Assembly (NCBI GenBank): GCA_017411385.1
Contig: JAFQQF010000026.1
Coordinates: 68,299-132,298, forward strand
Length of the DNA: 64,000 bases
Direction of reading: 5' to 3'
From: Ruminococcus sp.
GTDB lineage: Bacteria; Bacillota; Clostridia; Oscillospirales; Acutalibacteraceae
The first letter of the stretch is position 1, and every line of letters begins with the position of its first letter. Below are positions 40,662 through 50,993 of the stretch, piece after piece. A program made the translations under genes and the position numbers. The notes below the pieces were generated by a model. That model made no database searches and had not been told where the DNA came from. It saw only the letters and a program-made list of their open reading frames with translations.

Positions 40662-41468
40662 TTCAGCGCAAAGCTCAGCCGCACGCTTTGTACAGGCTGA
40701 CATTGCATCCTTTACAGCCTCCTCAAGACCGTGTGAATAAAACTTATTCAAAGCTTCAATGGTAGTGCCACCCTTGGAGCTTACTTTTTTTATTAAAGTA
40801 TCAGGGTCATCTCCTGAAGAACGAAGCATTTCAGCGCTTCCCTCCATAGCCGCACAAATAAGACTCATTGCCTTGTCGCGGTCAATGCCTACACTCTCGG
40901 CATAATCTGCCATCGCCTTTGCAAAAAGATAGAAATATGCAGGCGAAGAGCCGTTGACAGCGATGATTGCATCCATCTTGTCCTCAGAAAACTCCTCTAA
41001 TGCACCGCTTTGAGAAAACATAGAGGATGTAAGCGCTTTTGCTTGCAAGTTCACATTCTCTGAAAAACAAATAGCGGTAGCACCCTTGCCAACAAGCAAA
41101 GGTGTATTAGGCATTACGCGTACCACAGGACAATTAATTCCAAGAACATTGCGAACAAAATCAACGGTAATACCAGCTGCAATGGACACAAAAGTCTTAC
41201 TTTCATCAGCGGAAGATGCAATCTCTGAAAGCACTTCCCTATAATTCTGAGGCTTTACAGCAAGAACAATGACATCACAGTTTTTTGTTAAATCAGAGCT
41301 GTTAGCCTCTGCCACAAGTCCTTTTTGTGCAAAGACAGAAAGCTTTTCTTCATCCATATCAAAAACATGGATATTCTGAGCTTCTGTACCGCTTCGAAGA
41401 AGTCCGCCGATGATTGCAGTAGCCATATTGCCTGCACCGATAAATCCGATTTTCATATTACCCTCCAA
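40656..41468 (-). CDS. proC: Pyrroline-5-carboxylate reductase
   Basis: GFIGAGNMA, LAVKPQ, RVMPNTP, GSSPAY, VSSKGGTT. Confidence 0.96.
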   Translation of the reverse strand: MEGNMKIGFIGAGNMATAIIGGLLRSGTEAQNIHVFDMDEEKLSVFAQKGLVAEANSSDLTKNCDVIVLAVKPQNYREVLSEIASSADESKTFVSIAAGITVDFVRNVLGINCPVVRVMPNTPLLVGKGATAICFSENVNLQAKALTSSMFSQSGALEEFSEDKMDAIIAVNGSSPAYFYLFAKAMADYAESVGIDRDKAMSLICAAMEGSAEMLRSSGDDPDTLIKKVSSKGGTTIEALNKFYSHGLEEAVKDAMSACTKRAAELCAEA

Positions 41469-41479
41469 ATATAAGCAAA

Positions 41480-43918
41480 TTATAGTTTTGTTGATGAATT
41501 AACCGCACAAGTGAATTTATAGCCATATACATTGCTTGAGCCATTACGTGTATATTCACCGTAATAGAACACATCAAGCTCGTCAACACGGCGGTTAAGA
41601 AGTCCCCAAACACAAGAAGATCCTGCGTGATGGTATTGAAGAAGAAGCTTTGTGAACTTCGCTTTATCTACCCTGCCAAGGGAATAATCATCACTTGTGC
41701 TGAGTCTGCCCTTGGTAACATAGGTGGCATAGATATATCCTTCTGTGCCGTCTTTAAGCTTAACGTGATACCAACCGTCTTTTTCCTCAGTTTCAACAAG
41801 AATTAAAGCGGTTCCGTAAGCCAGCATATCCACAACTGCATCTGAGGTACTGGGACCTTTTCGTAAATTCACGTCAGAGCCGTTAACATAGGCATCCTTA
41901 TCCGAAACTGAACCTTCTGCCTTAATATTTGTATCAAGGAAAATCTTTTTGAAATCGCTATCGCCAGCAAGGATGTTGGAACCTAAGTTATAAACAAAGG
42001 AAACAAGAGCATCATACTGGTGCTGATTACGCTTAATATCATAATCGTCAAGATAATTATTAACCGAAGATGCAAAACCACCTTCGTTTACAGTTTGAAC
42101 AAGATAAGCATAAGCTTCCTTCTTTGTCATATCATTATAGAAGCTGTCGCCTAAATACACAACCTTACCGTAGCCAAGAGTTGCAACTCCGCTGGCAACT
42201 GAATCAAAATATACGCTTGAGCTGTAACCCTCAAAGTCAGCTATTAGTGACACAAGGTCGTCTGTGGGACGGCGTTTTTCTAAGGTTTCTGCTGTGAGGT
42301 CCTGAGTTTCTCTGACAAAAACGGTAGTCTTTGCATCGCCAGAAGAACAGGTCTGCCAATCCCCATCCAGCTTTGAATAAGCCACAACCTTATGTGTACC
42401 GCTTGAAGAAATGGTGGTTGTACCTGACCAGATAAAGGTGTTGCCGTCTGCAACCTTAGATGTTGCTTCAACGGTTTTGGTGCTACCTGAAACGTTAACC
42501 TCAAATTTAACCGCAGTTCGGTTTTGGTCGGTGACTGCATAAAGAGTAACTTTCTCGTTCTTTGCCGCAGTATTAGGAACACTATAAGCAAAACGCACAG
42601 GCTCCGCTGGCTTTACATTAACAAGGCAAGTCCTGACACCCTCGGAATTTTTGGCGGTGATTATAGCCATACCTTCAGACACAGCGGTAATAAAACCATT
42701 CTGAACCTTTGCGACTGAGGTGTCTGAGCTAGACCAATTAACAACATAGTTAGAGGTTGCACCATTATAGTAGGTTTTGCCTGCTGTAATGCTGACAGAA
42801 TTTCTGTAAACAGAAATACCCGACGGTGCACCTTTAACAGTAACAATACAATTTATACTCTGTGTATCTGTATACGCTGTGATAACTGCAGAACCTGTTG
42901 ACTTTGCAGTAACAAAGCCGTTGCTGACAGTAGCTACATCTGTATCGGAGCTTTGCCACTTAACAGGGATATTTGAGGTTAATTGATAATGATTACCTTT
43001 GCTGACTGTTATCTCCGTATCAGAGATAGAAATAGTATCCTCCTCCGGCTCGGTGTAGGATTCGGTTACCTCAACCTCGCACAAGGCGGTTTTATCAGTA
43101 CCCGCAAGCTTTGCAGTAATTGTTGCAGAGCCAACTGCTAGTGCCTTGACAACACCGCTTTGAGTAACAGTTGCGATACTTTTATCTGATGAGGTAAACT
43201 CAACAGCGTTCTGAACAGATTCTCCCCCTGTAATATGCACCGCAAGGGCATACTTACTGCCTCTTTCGATGGTGATGTTATCATCAGCAAGAGCAATTTC
43301 AGTAACAAGAGGAGCCTTATTCTCTGTTACAGCTTCTCCAAGAAGCTCCGATAAATCAGAGGATTCAAACCAATTTGGTGTATCCGGTAGCTGAGCAGAC
43401 TCGTTACTCAGGTTGACAGTAATATAAAGCTCTGTATAGTATCGATAAATATATCCTGTTTCAGAGTCTATGTTGACTTTAACCCAATCCTCATCACTGT
43501 TATCAACAACTACAAACTCTGTGCCTGTGTCAAGGATGCCCATAGACGTATAGTCAGTAGAGGGACCTTTGCGAAAGTTAACATCATCGGTTGTAGCTCC
43601 TGTGATTTCAACAGAGGACCCATCAGGCACATTAAGATAATCAATGGAGCAATAACCCTTAGTTCCATCCTCGCGTGCTACATAAGCCCATCCGTTGTCG
43701 CTGTCTTCAAGCAGAGTGAGAGATTCCTCCACATCAAGAACAGTTATGATATTATCATAAAAGCCTGCGGAAGAACGAAGTCTGACCGCATCGGTTGTAA
43801 CAACCTGAGCAGATAAAGCAGAAACTGAAACACCGCCTGCAATCGCCATACCTGCAAGCATAGATACTAATAGTATATATGATAATAATCTTCTGCTGAA
43901 ACGTTTCACAGCAGTCAC
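41480..43918 (-). CDS. Secreted cell-wall hydrolase: SH3b x2, Ig-like (Big_2) x3, GH24-type lysozyme with an inserted SH3b
   Basis: Signal peptide; VRLRSSAG/VNFRKGPST SH3b; SSDxxVATV Ig repeats; FEG..D..TLGYG, DALVSFVYNLG, GLLNRRVDE. Confidence 0.8.
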   Translation of the reverse strand: MTAVKRFSRRLLSYILLVSMLAGMAIAGGVSVSALSAQVVTTDAVRLRSSAGFYDNIITVLDVEESLTLLEDSDNGWAYVAREDGTKGYCSIDYLNVPDGSSVEITGATTDDVNFRKGPSTDYTSMGILDTGTEFVVVDNSDEDWVKVNIDSETGYIYRYYTELYITVNLSNESAQLPDTPNWFESSDLSELLGEAVTENKAPLVTEIALADDNITIERGSKYALAVHITGGESVQNAVEFTSSDKSIATVTQSGVVKALAVGSATITAKLAGTDKTALCEVEVTESYTEPEEDTISISDTEITVSKGNHYQLTSNIPVKWQSSDTDVATVSNGFVTAKSTGSAVITAYTDTQSINCIVTVKGAPSGISVYRNSVSITAGKTYYNGATSNYVVNWSSSDTSVAKVQNGFITAVSEGMAIITAKNSEGVRTCLVNVKPAEPVRFAYSVPNTAAKNEKVTLYAVTDQNRTAVKFEVNVSGSTKTVEATSKVADGNTFIWSGTTTISSSGTHKVVAYSKLDGDWQTCSSGDAKTTVFVRETQDLTAETLEKRRPTDDLVSLIADFEGYSSSVYFDSVASGVATLGYGKVVYLGDSFYNDMTKKEAYAYLVQTVNEGGFASSVNNYLDDYDIKRNQHQYDALVSFVYNLGSNILAGDSDFKKIFLDTNIKAEGSVSDKDAYVNGSDVNLRKGPSTSDAVVDMLAYGTALILVETEEKDGWYHVKLKDGTEGYIYATYVTKGRLSTSDDYSLGRVDKAKFTKLLLQYHHAGSSCVWGLLNRRVDELDVFYYGEYTRNGSSNVYGYKFTCAVNSSTKL

Positions 43919-44011
43919 CTCCGAAAAAAGACAAAATAAAACACGCTATACATATATTGTAACATATATGCTCGGCGTGTTCAATTTAATATTTGATTTT
44001 TTCTGTGAATT

Positions 44012-44551
44012 TTATTTGAATTTCAGCTTATTTCTCCATTTATTTACATATTCTGTAATTATTCTTGTAAGACAGAAGTCATAAAAAAGAAATATGATAT
44101 TTCCTATAAGGAGAAACACCCAAGGAAGATATACAGAGAAAAGCTCAAAACTTTCCTTCGGAACAGAAAGAACATAGATGCTTACATAGAATGCACCAAT
44201 CATACAAAGATTAAATGCAAGAAATTTCAGTATGTACTGTATCACCCTGATATTAATTCGCTCAATAACACCTTTAAACACAGGATAAAAGCCTAGGAAT
44301 GCTGTGTAATAAAGTGCCGCTTCTTTGTCTGCAACCAGAACAAATGATAATACAGAAACCACCACATATACAAGCATCGCACTTGCATAGCCGGCTTCAA
44401 TAACCACAACTGCAAGCAAGGCACCGGCAATACAAGGAAAAGCATACGTGCCCACAGGGATAAGCCCTGTAAGCAAAAGCATCACCAAAGAAAGAGCTGA
44501 AACAACAGCACACAAGGCAAGGCGATAAGATTTCTTTAAATTGCTTTTCAT
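44012..44551 (-). CDS. Membrane protein (about five TM helices)
   Basis: Hydrophobic helices, FLGFYPVFK motif; start placed at ATG 44551, just after the J-domain gene stop. Confidence 0.7.
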   Translation of the reverse strand: MKSNLKKSYRLALCAVVSALSLVMLLLTGLIPVGTYAFPCIAGALLAVVVIEAGYASAMLVYVVVSVLSFVLVADKEAALYYTAFLGFYPVFKGVIERINIRVIQYILKFLAFNLCMIGAFYVSIYVLSVPKESFELFSVYLPWVFLLIGNIIFLFYDFCLTRIITEYVNKWRNKLKFK

Positions 44552-44555
44552 AGTA

Positions 44556-45194
44556 TCAGCAACACCTGCACAAATCTGAGCCCATACACTCACAACAAGC
44601 ATCAGCACAACATAAAGCTGTACATATATCACAGCTCGAGCAACCGCATCCGGTGCTCCGTGAACGGTTGTATTCGGGAGTTGTATAGGTTCTCTGCTGA
44701 TTAATTCTGTTGAAGGTCTGTCTGAATTCTGTGTTTGAAGGGTCCATATCGCAGGCTGTCTTGAAATAACTGTAAGCCTGATCGGTCCAGCCCTTGTTGT
44801 AATTTATCATACCCTGCAGAAAGTACCATTCAGCATCTCGATTTGCGGCAGGAACACCGCTCAAAATGGTCTGAGCATCATCAAGTCTGCCGCTTCTGAT
44901 TAAATTTCTCACATCTGGGTAGTTGGTATGAGTGTATGAATTATTATAAGTGTTTGTGTTGTAACTATAGCTGTTCGCTGATGAGGAATAGCTTCTGCCT
45001 TCTTTACGCATTTTCTGAACCTCATCGTAGGCTTCGTTGATTTCCTTCATTTTCTCTGTGGCGAGGTCACGAAGAGGACTATCCTGATAATTATCAGGAT
45101 GGTATTTCTTTGCAAGCTCCCTGTATGCACTTTTAATTTGTTCATCGGTGGCGTTTTCAGCAACACCGAGCACAGCATAGGGGTTTTTGTTCAT
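44556..45194 (-). CDS. J-domain protein with TPR and Cys-rich C-terminus
   Basis: [19 protein letters not shown] domain; [11 protein letters not shown]; [31 protein letters not shown]. Confidence 0.85.
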   Translation of the reverse strand: MNKNPYAVLGVAENATDEQIKSAYRELAKKYHPDNYQDSPLRDLATEKMKEINEAYDEVQKMRKEGRSYSSSANSYSYNTNTYNNSYTHTNYPDVRNLIRSGRLDDAQTILSGVPAANRDAEWYFLQGMINYNKGWTDQAYSYFKTACDMDPSNTEFRQTFNRINQQRTYTTPEYNRSRSTGCGCSSCDICTALCCADACCECMGSDLCRCC

Positions 45195-46052
45195 TTACAT
45201 TTTCCTTTCCGAAAACAGAGATTCCTTCTGCTTTTTGGTAAGACCGAGTAAAACTATATTATCAAGTATATCCTCAAAACGTTTTTTGTCAATAAGCCTG
45301 TAAGCTGAAGACAATAGATAAAATGACTGTGATAATAAGTTATCTGCAAACTCAGCAGACTCAGCCTGTGTTTTTTTTAGCCTATTATATATGGGATTAA
45401 AGGACTTGTGCTTTATGTCGCTGTCGATATCACAAGCAGCATCCATAAGGTAAATCCACTTTCCCAAGTGATAACCAAACTGCTCATAGGCAGGACGAAT
45501 TTTGTCGCTATAGCTTTCAAGTGAAAAGAGTGTTTTAAGCAGATTTGCCGTTGGCTCTGCTGCCTCATCAACACAAGCATTTTCTTTTTCTGCTTTAATT
45601 TGTGATTCGTACATATTTTTGCAGGCATCGGCATATATCGGATACCTCTTGCGTGCTTTCTTCATCCAAGAGGAAAACAAGGGTTTTATTAAAACGCAAC
45701 CGATTTTTTCGAAAAAGCTTCCGTCACGTATATTATCAAGTAATTTATAGTAAGACATAAGCACTATTAATGCTGCACCTTTTGAAAGTGCGCCTTCCCC
45801 ACTCGTACAATAATTGCAGGACTTGAAGGGATTAAACCTGCAACGACCTTTTTTGAACACTGCACACTCATCGGAATTCGCAAGAATAAAAAGAGAAAAG
45901 AAGGTACAATCGTAGTTAAGCAAGAACCTCGTAAGAAAAGAATATTCCTTGCCGAGCTGTTTGCAGAGGGAGCAATATACTCCTTTATACGCCTCATAAT
46001 CCTTAATTTTCAACTCCGATTTATTAATGCAAACATAGCCAAACACAGGCAC
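45195..46052 (-). CDS. DUF5685-like protein
   Basis: FGYV..ELKIKDYEAYKGVYCSLCKQL, LNYDCTF, C+FNP motifs. Confidence 0.75.
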   Translation of the reverse strand: MPVFGYVCINKSELKIKDYEAYKGVYCSLCKQLGKEYSFLTRFLLNYDCTFFSLFILANSDECAVFKKGRCRFNPFKSCNYCTSGEGALSKGAALIVLMSYYKLLDNIRDGSFFEKIGCVLIKPLFSSWMKKARKRYPIYADACKNMYESQIKAEKENACVDEAAEPTANLLKTLFSLESYSDKIRPAYEQFGYHLGKWIYLMDAACDIDSDIKHKSFNPIYNRLKKTQAESAEFADNLLSQSFYLLSSAYRLIDKKRFEDILDNIVLLGLTKKQKESLFSERKM

Positions 46053-46135
46053 CCTCCTTTCTGTTTTATATCATTATAATACATCATAAAAGAAATTGAT
46101 AGATTAACAAGGTGTAAATTTTATTTTTTTAGTTA

Positions 46136-46164
46136 TTGAAATAATATGCATCAAAAGGTATAAT
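46136..46164 (+). promoter_or_regulatory. sigma-A promoter for the HAD / alkaline phosphatase pair
   Basis: TTGAAA-N17-TATAAT. Confidence 0.65.
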
Positions 46165-46191
46165 TGAAAAAGAATAACCTAGGAGAAGGCT

Positions 46192-46746
46192 ATGAACGTT
46201 TACGACTTTGATAAAACAATCTACAAAAACGACAGCACGGCAGATTTTTTTCTCTTTTGCACGAAAAGACACCCTGTGATTCTTAAACTTATCCCCTCAA
46301 TAGGTGCTTGGTTTCTAAAGCATTATGTTCTGAAAAAATGTACTAAAACTCAGTTTAAGGAAAAAATCTTTCAATTTGTAAAGTACATTGATTACGAAAA
46401 GGATATTGCTGATTTTTGGGTAAAAAACAAAAAGAAAATCAAAAGATTTTACCTTGAAAACCAGAAAGAGGATGATGTGATTATATCGGCATCTCCCCTG
46501 TTTGTTTTAGAGCCGATTTGCAAGGAGCTTGGAATAAAACATCTGCTATGCTCTAAAGTAGACATAAAAACCGGCAAATACGATGGAATAAACTGCCACG
46601 GAACAGAAAAAGTCAGAAGATACAGAGAGGTCTTTGGTGACACTTCTGTGCAGGAGTTTTACTCTGACAGCAGAAGCGACACTCCCTTGGCTGAAATTTC
46701 AGAAAAACCTTTCCTTGTAAAAGGAAATAAAATAAAACCATGGTAA
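46192..46746 (+). CDS. HAD-IB family phosphatase
   Basis: YDFDKTIY (DxD), ISASP, NCHGTEK, YSDSRSDTPL. Confidence 0.88.
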   Translation: MNVYDFDKTIYKNDSTADFFLFCTKRHPVILKLIPSIGAWFLKHYVLKKCTKTQFKEKIFQFVKYIDYEKDIADFWVKNKKKIKRFYLENQKEDDVIISASPLFVLEPICKELGIKHLLCSKVDIKTGKYDGINCHGTEKVRRYREVFGDTSVQEFYSDSRSDTPLAEISEKPFLVKGNKIKPW

Positions 46747-46760
46747 ATACGGAGGTACCT

Positions 46761-47972
46761 ATGAACAAGAAAATATTATCCTTAGTGCTCGCAATTTTAC
46801 TTTGCATATCCCTTTTTGCCTGCACAGGCAACACAGAAAGCACAGAACCTACAACAGACAGCACAGCTCCCTCAGCGGAATATGTGGAAGCTTCTACAGA
46901 AGCTCAGAGCGATGTTCTGGAGTGGGTACAGTGCAAAGAATACAAGCTTGATGAAGATGTACCTGTTAAAAACATCATTCTTATGATTGGTGACGGAATG
47001 GGCGAAAATATTATAAAGAACGCCGAGATAGTTAAGGGTTCTCCCTATGCTACAAGCTATATGCCATACAGCTGTTATGTAGGCACAGACTCCCTTTCAG
47101 GCACTACCGACAGTGCAGCTGCTTCAACTGCAATCAGCTGCGGAGTTAAAACCTTGAACAAATATATAGGTATGGATGCTGAAGAAACACCTGTAGAAAC
47201 TATTATTGAATTTGCAAAAGCAAGAGATATGAAAGCCGGTCTTGTAGCAACACATATCATTCCCCATGCTACTCCTGCAGGAATGGTAGCTCACGTAAAC
47301 TACCGTGACCTGTTCAACAACATCACAAAGCAAATGATTAAAGCTGAGGTTGATGTAATGTTCGGCGGTGGCCGTGAATATACAGACACCGAAAAAATGC
47401 AGGCCAGAATTAAAAGTGGAGATTACTCATACATAGAAAGAGCCGAAGAGCTGAGTACACTTGAAAAAGGCAAAAAGGCTATTGGTGCTTTTGCGTACTT
47501 TGATATGACCTCAAACGTAAACCCTTCGCTCACAACAATGACGCAAAAAGCTTTAGAGCTTCTTGAAGGTGACGAGGGCTTCTTCCTTATGGTTGAAGCA
47601 AGCCACATAGATATTTTTGAAGCGCAAGAGGATATGGACTCCACAATGATTGAAATGCAGGCTTTTGACAAGTGCATCGACTACACTCTCAGATGGGCAG
47701 AGGAGCATCCCGGCACACTGGTGCTTGTAACCGCTGACCACGAAACAGGCGGTGTAATAGTTCCCGAAAGCGGTTTGCCTGAGGATGTCAACAACGATTG
47801 CTTCACTTCAGAGGGCGAACACACAAGTGCCGACGTTAAGCTCTTTGCCGCAGGCGCTCAGGCCGGAAACCTCTTTACAGAATACAAAATAGAGAACACA
47901 GACATTGCCCTGATTATGAGAAAAGCTCTCAACGATACATACGGTGAGAAGCCTGTTACACTCCTCAACTAA
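46761..47972 (+). CDS. Alkaline phosphatase lipoprotein
   Basis: Lipobox LFAC; IGDGMG, TDSAAAST, HATPA, TADHETGG, GEHT. Confidence 0.88.
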   Translation: MNKKILSLVLAILLCISLFACTGNTESTEPTTDSTAPSAEYVEASTEAQSDVLEWVQCKEYKLDEDVPVKNIILMIGDGMGENIIKNAEIVKGSPYATSYMPYSCYVGTDSLSGTTDSAAASTAISCGVKTLNKYIGMDAEETPVETIIEFAKARDMKAGLVATHIIPHATPAGMVAHVNYRDLFNNITKQMIKAEVDVMFGGGREYTDTEKMQARIKSGDYSYIERAEELSTLEKGKKAIGAFAYFDMTSNVNPSLTTMTQKALELLEGDEGFFLMVEASHIDIFEAQEDMDSTMIEMQAFDKCIDYTLRWAEEHPGTLVLVTADHETGGVIVPESGLPEDVNNDCFTSEGEHTSADVKLFAAGAQAGNLFTEYKIENTDIALIMRKALNDTYGEKPVTLLN

Positions 47973-47989
47973 ACATAAGCTTAAAATTT

Positions 47990-48027
47990 AAAACGCAGGA
48001 ACATTTTGAAGTGTTCCTGCGTTTTTT
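47990..48027. terminator. Bidirectional terminator
   Basis: AAAACGCAGGAACA...TGTTCCTGCGTTTT between convergent genes. Confidence 0.8.
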
Positions 48028-48033
48028 CATTTA

Positions 48034-50781
48034 TTATTCTGTGCGCAATGCTGTGACGGGGTCTTTTCGTGCAGCTTTACCAGAGGGGAAAAGTCCTGCT
48101 ACAACTGTAAGACATACGCTGAGCAACACAAGAATGATTGCCCCACCGAGAGGTAATGAAGCACTCACCATAGCTGTTCCTGCAATCGCGTGAATAATGG
48201 CGTTGGCAGGAATGAGCAGAAGCAAGGTAATTCCGATACCGATAAGACCTGAACAAAGACCGATTATAAAAGCCTCTGAAAGGAATACCTGTGAAACATT
48301 TCTCTTTGAAGCACCGATTGCACGAAGTATTCCGATTTCCTTTGTTCGCTCCAAAACTGAAATATAGGTAATAATACCAATCATAATTGAAGAAACAACC
48401 AAAGATACACCCACAAAGGCAATGAGTACATAGGATATAACATTAACAATTGTGGTGACAGACGAAAGTAAAAGTCCCACATAGTCTGTATATGTGATTT
48501 TGTTTTCCTCTAAAGCAGTTTGATTATACTCCTCGATACAAGCAGAAATACTGTCTTTATCCTCAAAGCTGTCACAATACAGAGCTATTGATGTTGGTGC
48601 ATCAAGGCTTACAACTCCAAATGCAGTCATATTGTCATCATAGTCACCTGTGGAGATGTAGTTATCATATATTGAAAGAAGAACGTCATCCTCAGGATTC
48701 GCAAGGTAACTGTCCATCATTGCTGCAAGCTCAGCTTCACCCATAGCCATCATCTGTGTTGCGGCGGCAGGGTTTTGAGCATACATCATAGAGAGCATAT
48801 CACGACAGATTTTTGCTTTATCTGAAACTCCAAGGTTGTCAAGGAAAACCTTAGCATCAGCTATACGCTGTTCGTCGCTGTCGGGTGCAAAGGTCAGTCC
48901 GTTGAGAACGTTAACATCTTCACTATCTTTTTGCGCTACAACAACAGGGCTTTGGTCTGTGTATTCTATAAGGTAATCCGTGAGTGCTCTTGTGTATGCA
49001 AGATTACCTGAAATTATCAAGTTTTCTGCATCCTCAAGAGGTCTGATGATACCGCAGATTTCAAGAGCTAATGCTTCGTTCACAAGTTCTTCAAGCTTTT
49101 CGCTATCATCTGCTATATAATCAAAATTACCTTTTTCGTTCTCAGCATAGAAATCACAAGCAGGTATAAGCTTATAGGTTTTGTCACAGAAATCATCGTA
49201 TGATATTATTTCTGTCTTTAGCTTTACCTCTTCGCCCTCGTCTACCTTCTTCATAATTTCTTCGTAATCAGCAGAGGGTAAAACACCAAGCTGATAAAGA
49301 CTTGTTGCAGGAATCTCGTTTTTCTCGTTCATAACAAGAAGCACCTGATTGTAATCTGTGGGCCAGTCACCGTAGATAATCTCATAATTATCATAAACGA
49401 TATTACTTATAAGTTCATCACCCTGACCGGGTAAAAGCTCGTCAAAATTATTGTTGCCAAACATAGACATCATTGAGTTATCCGAAGAAAAGCCCATATT
49501 TTCATACATCTGAGCTTCCGTGTTCATCATCTCATTAGCCTTGGATGTATATAGAGTGCTTCCGTCTGTGTTTACAAGTACACCGTCAGGGTCATAGGTA
49601 TAAGCATTGAAGGACGGATTGTATGAATAAACTATGCCGTTTTCGCCGATATAGTTATGGATTTTACTATCCTTATTATCAAGATACTTCTTAAAATCCG
49701 TCAGATTATTCTCAGTAAAGCTTGTGTTAAGAGTTGACTCAAGCTCAATAGCTGTGCCATCTGAATAAACAGCGTTTCTGTCATGAGAAAGCTCATCTAT
49801 TGATGCTGCACTTACACTCATATCCATAAAGCTTGAAAGATCCATAGTCTGTGCTTCAAGTAAAATTGGATATGATGCCATTGTGCTCTTCTGAATATCG
49901 ACAATGTAATTGTTAACACCTGTGGAAAGAGAAAGAATGAGTGCGATACCAATGATACCTATTGAGCCTGCAAAGGAAGTAAGCAGGGTTCTTGCTTTCT
50001 TTGTGAGAAGATTATTGAAACTCAGGCTCAGCGACGTAAACAAAGACATAGAGGATTTACCCATATTCCTGTGTTTAGGCGCCTCAAGATTTTTTTCGTC
50101 TACTTCAAGAGGATTTGTATCCCCTACTATCTTACCGTCACGGATATTGACAATTCTTGTGGCATAATCCTGTGCAAGCTCAGGATTATGGGTTACCATT
50201 ACAACAAGGCGATCCCTTGCAACCTCCTTAAGTAGCTCCATAACCTGTAAGCTGGTTTCTGTATCAAGAGCACCTGTAGGCTCGTCTGCAAGAAGAATAT
50301 CGGGGTCATTAACAAGGGCACGGGCAATGGCAACTCTCTGCATTTGTCCGCCCGAAAGCTGATTTGGTCGCTTATGAAGCTGGTCACCGAGCCCAACCAT
50401 TTGCAAAGCCTTGCGTGCCTTTTCGCGTCGAGCCGAACGCTTTATACCTGAAATGGTGAGTGCAAGCTCAACATTACTAAGAATTGACTGGTGCTCAATC
50501 AGATTATAACTCTGAAATACAAAGCCGATGGTGTGGTTCCTGTACGAATCCCAGTCCCTGTCTTTATACTTCTTTGTTGAAATCCCGTTAATTATAAGGT
50601 CGCCGCTGTCGTAACGGTCGAGTCCACCGATAATATTAAGCAAAGTGGTTTTACCTGAGCCAGAGGGACCGAGGATTGCCACAAACTCGTTATCACGAAG
50701 GTTAAGGGAAACCTTATCCAAAGCTGTCTGTGTAAGACTGCCTGTGATATAGCGCTTGCTGACTTCTTTAACCTGAAGCAT
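48034..50781 (-). CDS. MacB-like ABC transporter ATPase/FtsX-permease fusion
   Basis: [26 protein letters not shown]; [14 protein letters not shown] FtsX motif. Confidence 0.92.
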   Translation of the reverse strand: MLQVKEVSKRYITGSLTQTALDKVSLNLRDNEFVAILGPSGSGKTTLLNIIGGLDRYDSGDLIINGISTKKYKDRDWDSYRNHTIGFVFQSYNLIEHQSILSNVELALTISGIKRSARREKARKALQMVGLGDQLHKRPNQLSGGQMQRVAIARALVNDPDILLADEPTGALDTETSLQVMELLKEVARDRLVVMVTHNPELAQDYATRIVNIRDGKIVGDTNPLEVDEKNLEAPKHRNMGKSSMSLFTSLSLSFNNLLTKKARTLLTSFAGSIGIIGIALILSLSTGVNNYIVDIQKSTMASYPILLEAQTMDLSSFMDMSVSAASIDELSHDRNAVYSDGTAIELESTLNTSFTENNLTDFKKYLDNKDSKIHNYIGENGIVYSYNPSFNAYTYDPDGVLVNTDGSTLYTSKANEMMNTEAQMYENMGFSSDNSMMSMFGNNNFDELLPGQGDELISNIVYDNYEIIYGDWPTDYNQVLLVMNEKNEIPATSLYQLGVLPSADYEEIMKKVDEGEEVKLKTEIISYDDFCDKTYKLIPACDFYAENEKGNFDYIADDSEKLEELVNEALALEICGIIRPLEDAENLIISGNLAYTRALTDYLIEYTDQSPVVVAQKDSEDVNVLNGLTFAPDSDEQRIADAKVFLDNLGVSDKAKICRDMLSMMYAQNPAAATQMMAMGEAELAAMMDSYLANPEDDVLLSIYDNYISTGDYDDNMTAFGVVSLDAPTSIALYCDSFEDKDSISACIEEYNQTALEENKITYTDYVGLLLSSVTTIVNVISYVLIAFVGVSLVVSSIMIGIITYISVLERTKEIGILRAIGASKRNVSQVFLSEAFIIGLCSGLIGIGITLLLLIPANAIIHAIAGTAMVSASLPLGGAIILVLLSVCLTVVAGLFPSGKAARKDPVTALRTE

Positions 50782-50993
50782 ACACATACCTCCTGCAATG
50801 ATATAAATCAATTATAAAATAAAACTTTTTCTTTGTCATAAATAATCTGCAAGAAAAGTTTTAACAATATGTAAATTATTGGAAACAACACGGGTAATTA
50901 TACCACCTGAACACCACGAATACAATCATATTTTGTTATTTTACAAAAGAAAAAGAGGATAGGCTCTCACCTATCCTCAAAGTGATTAATGCT

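Noticed and set aside
41480-43918. Prophage lysis gene
   Set aside because: It has a Sec signal peptide and host-type SH3b/Ig modules, with no holin or structural phage genes nearby
43945-43970. WalR-type box upstream of the lysozyme gene
   Set aside because: The hexamers are spaced by 6 rather than 5 nt and the second is a poor match
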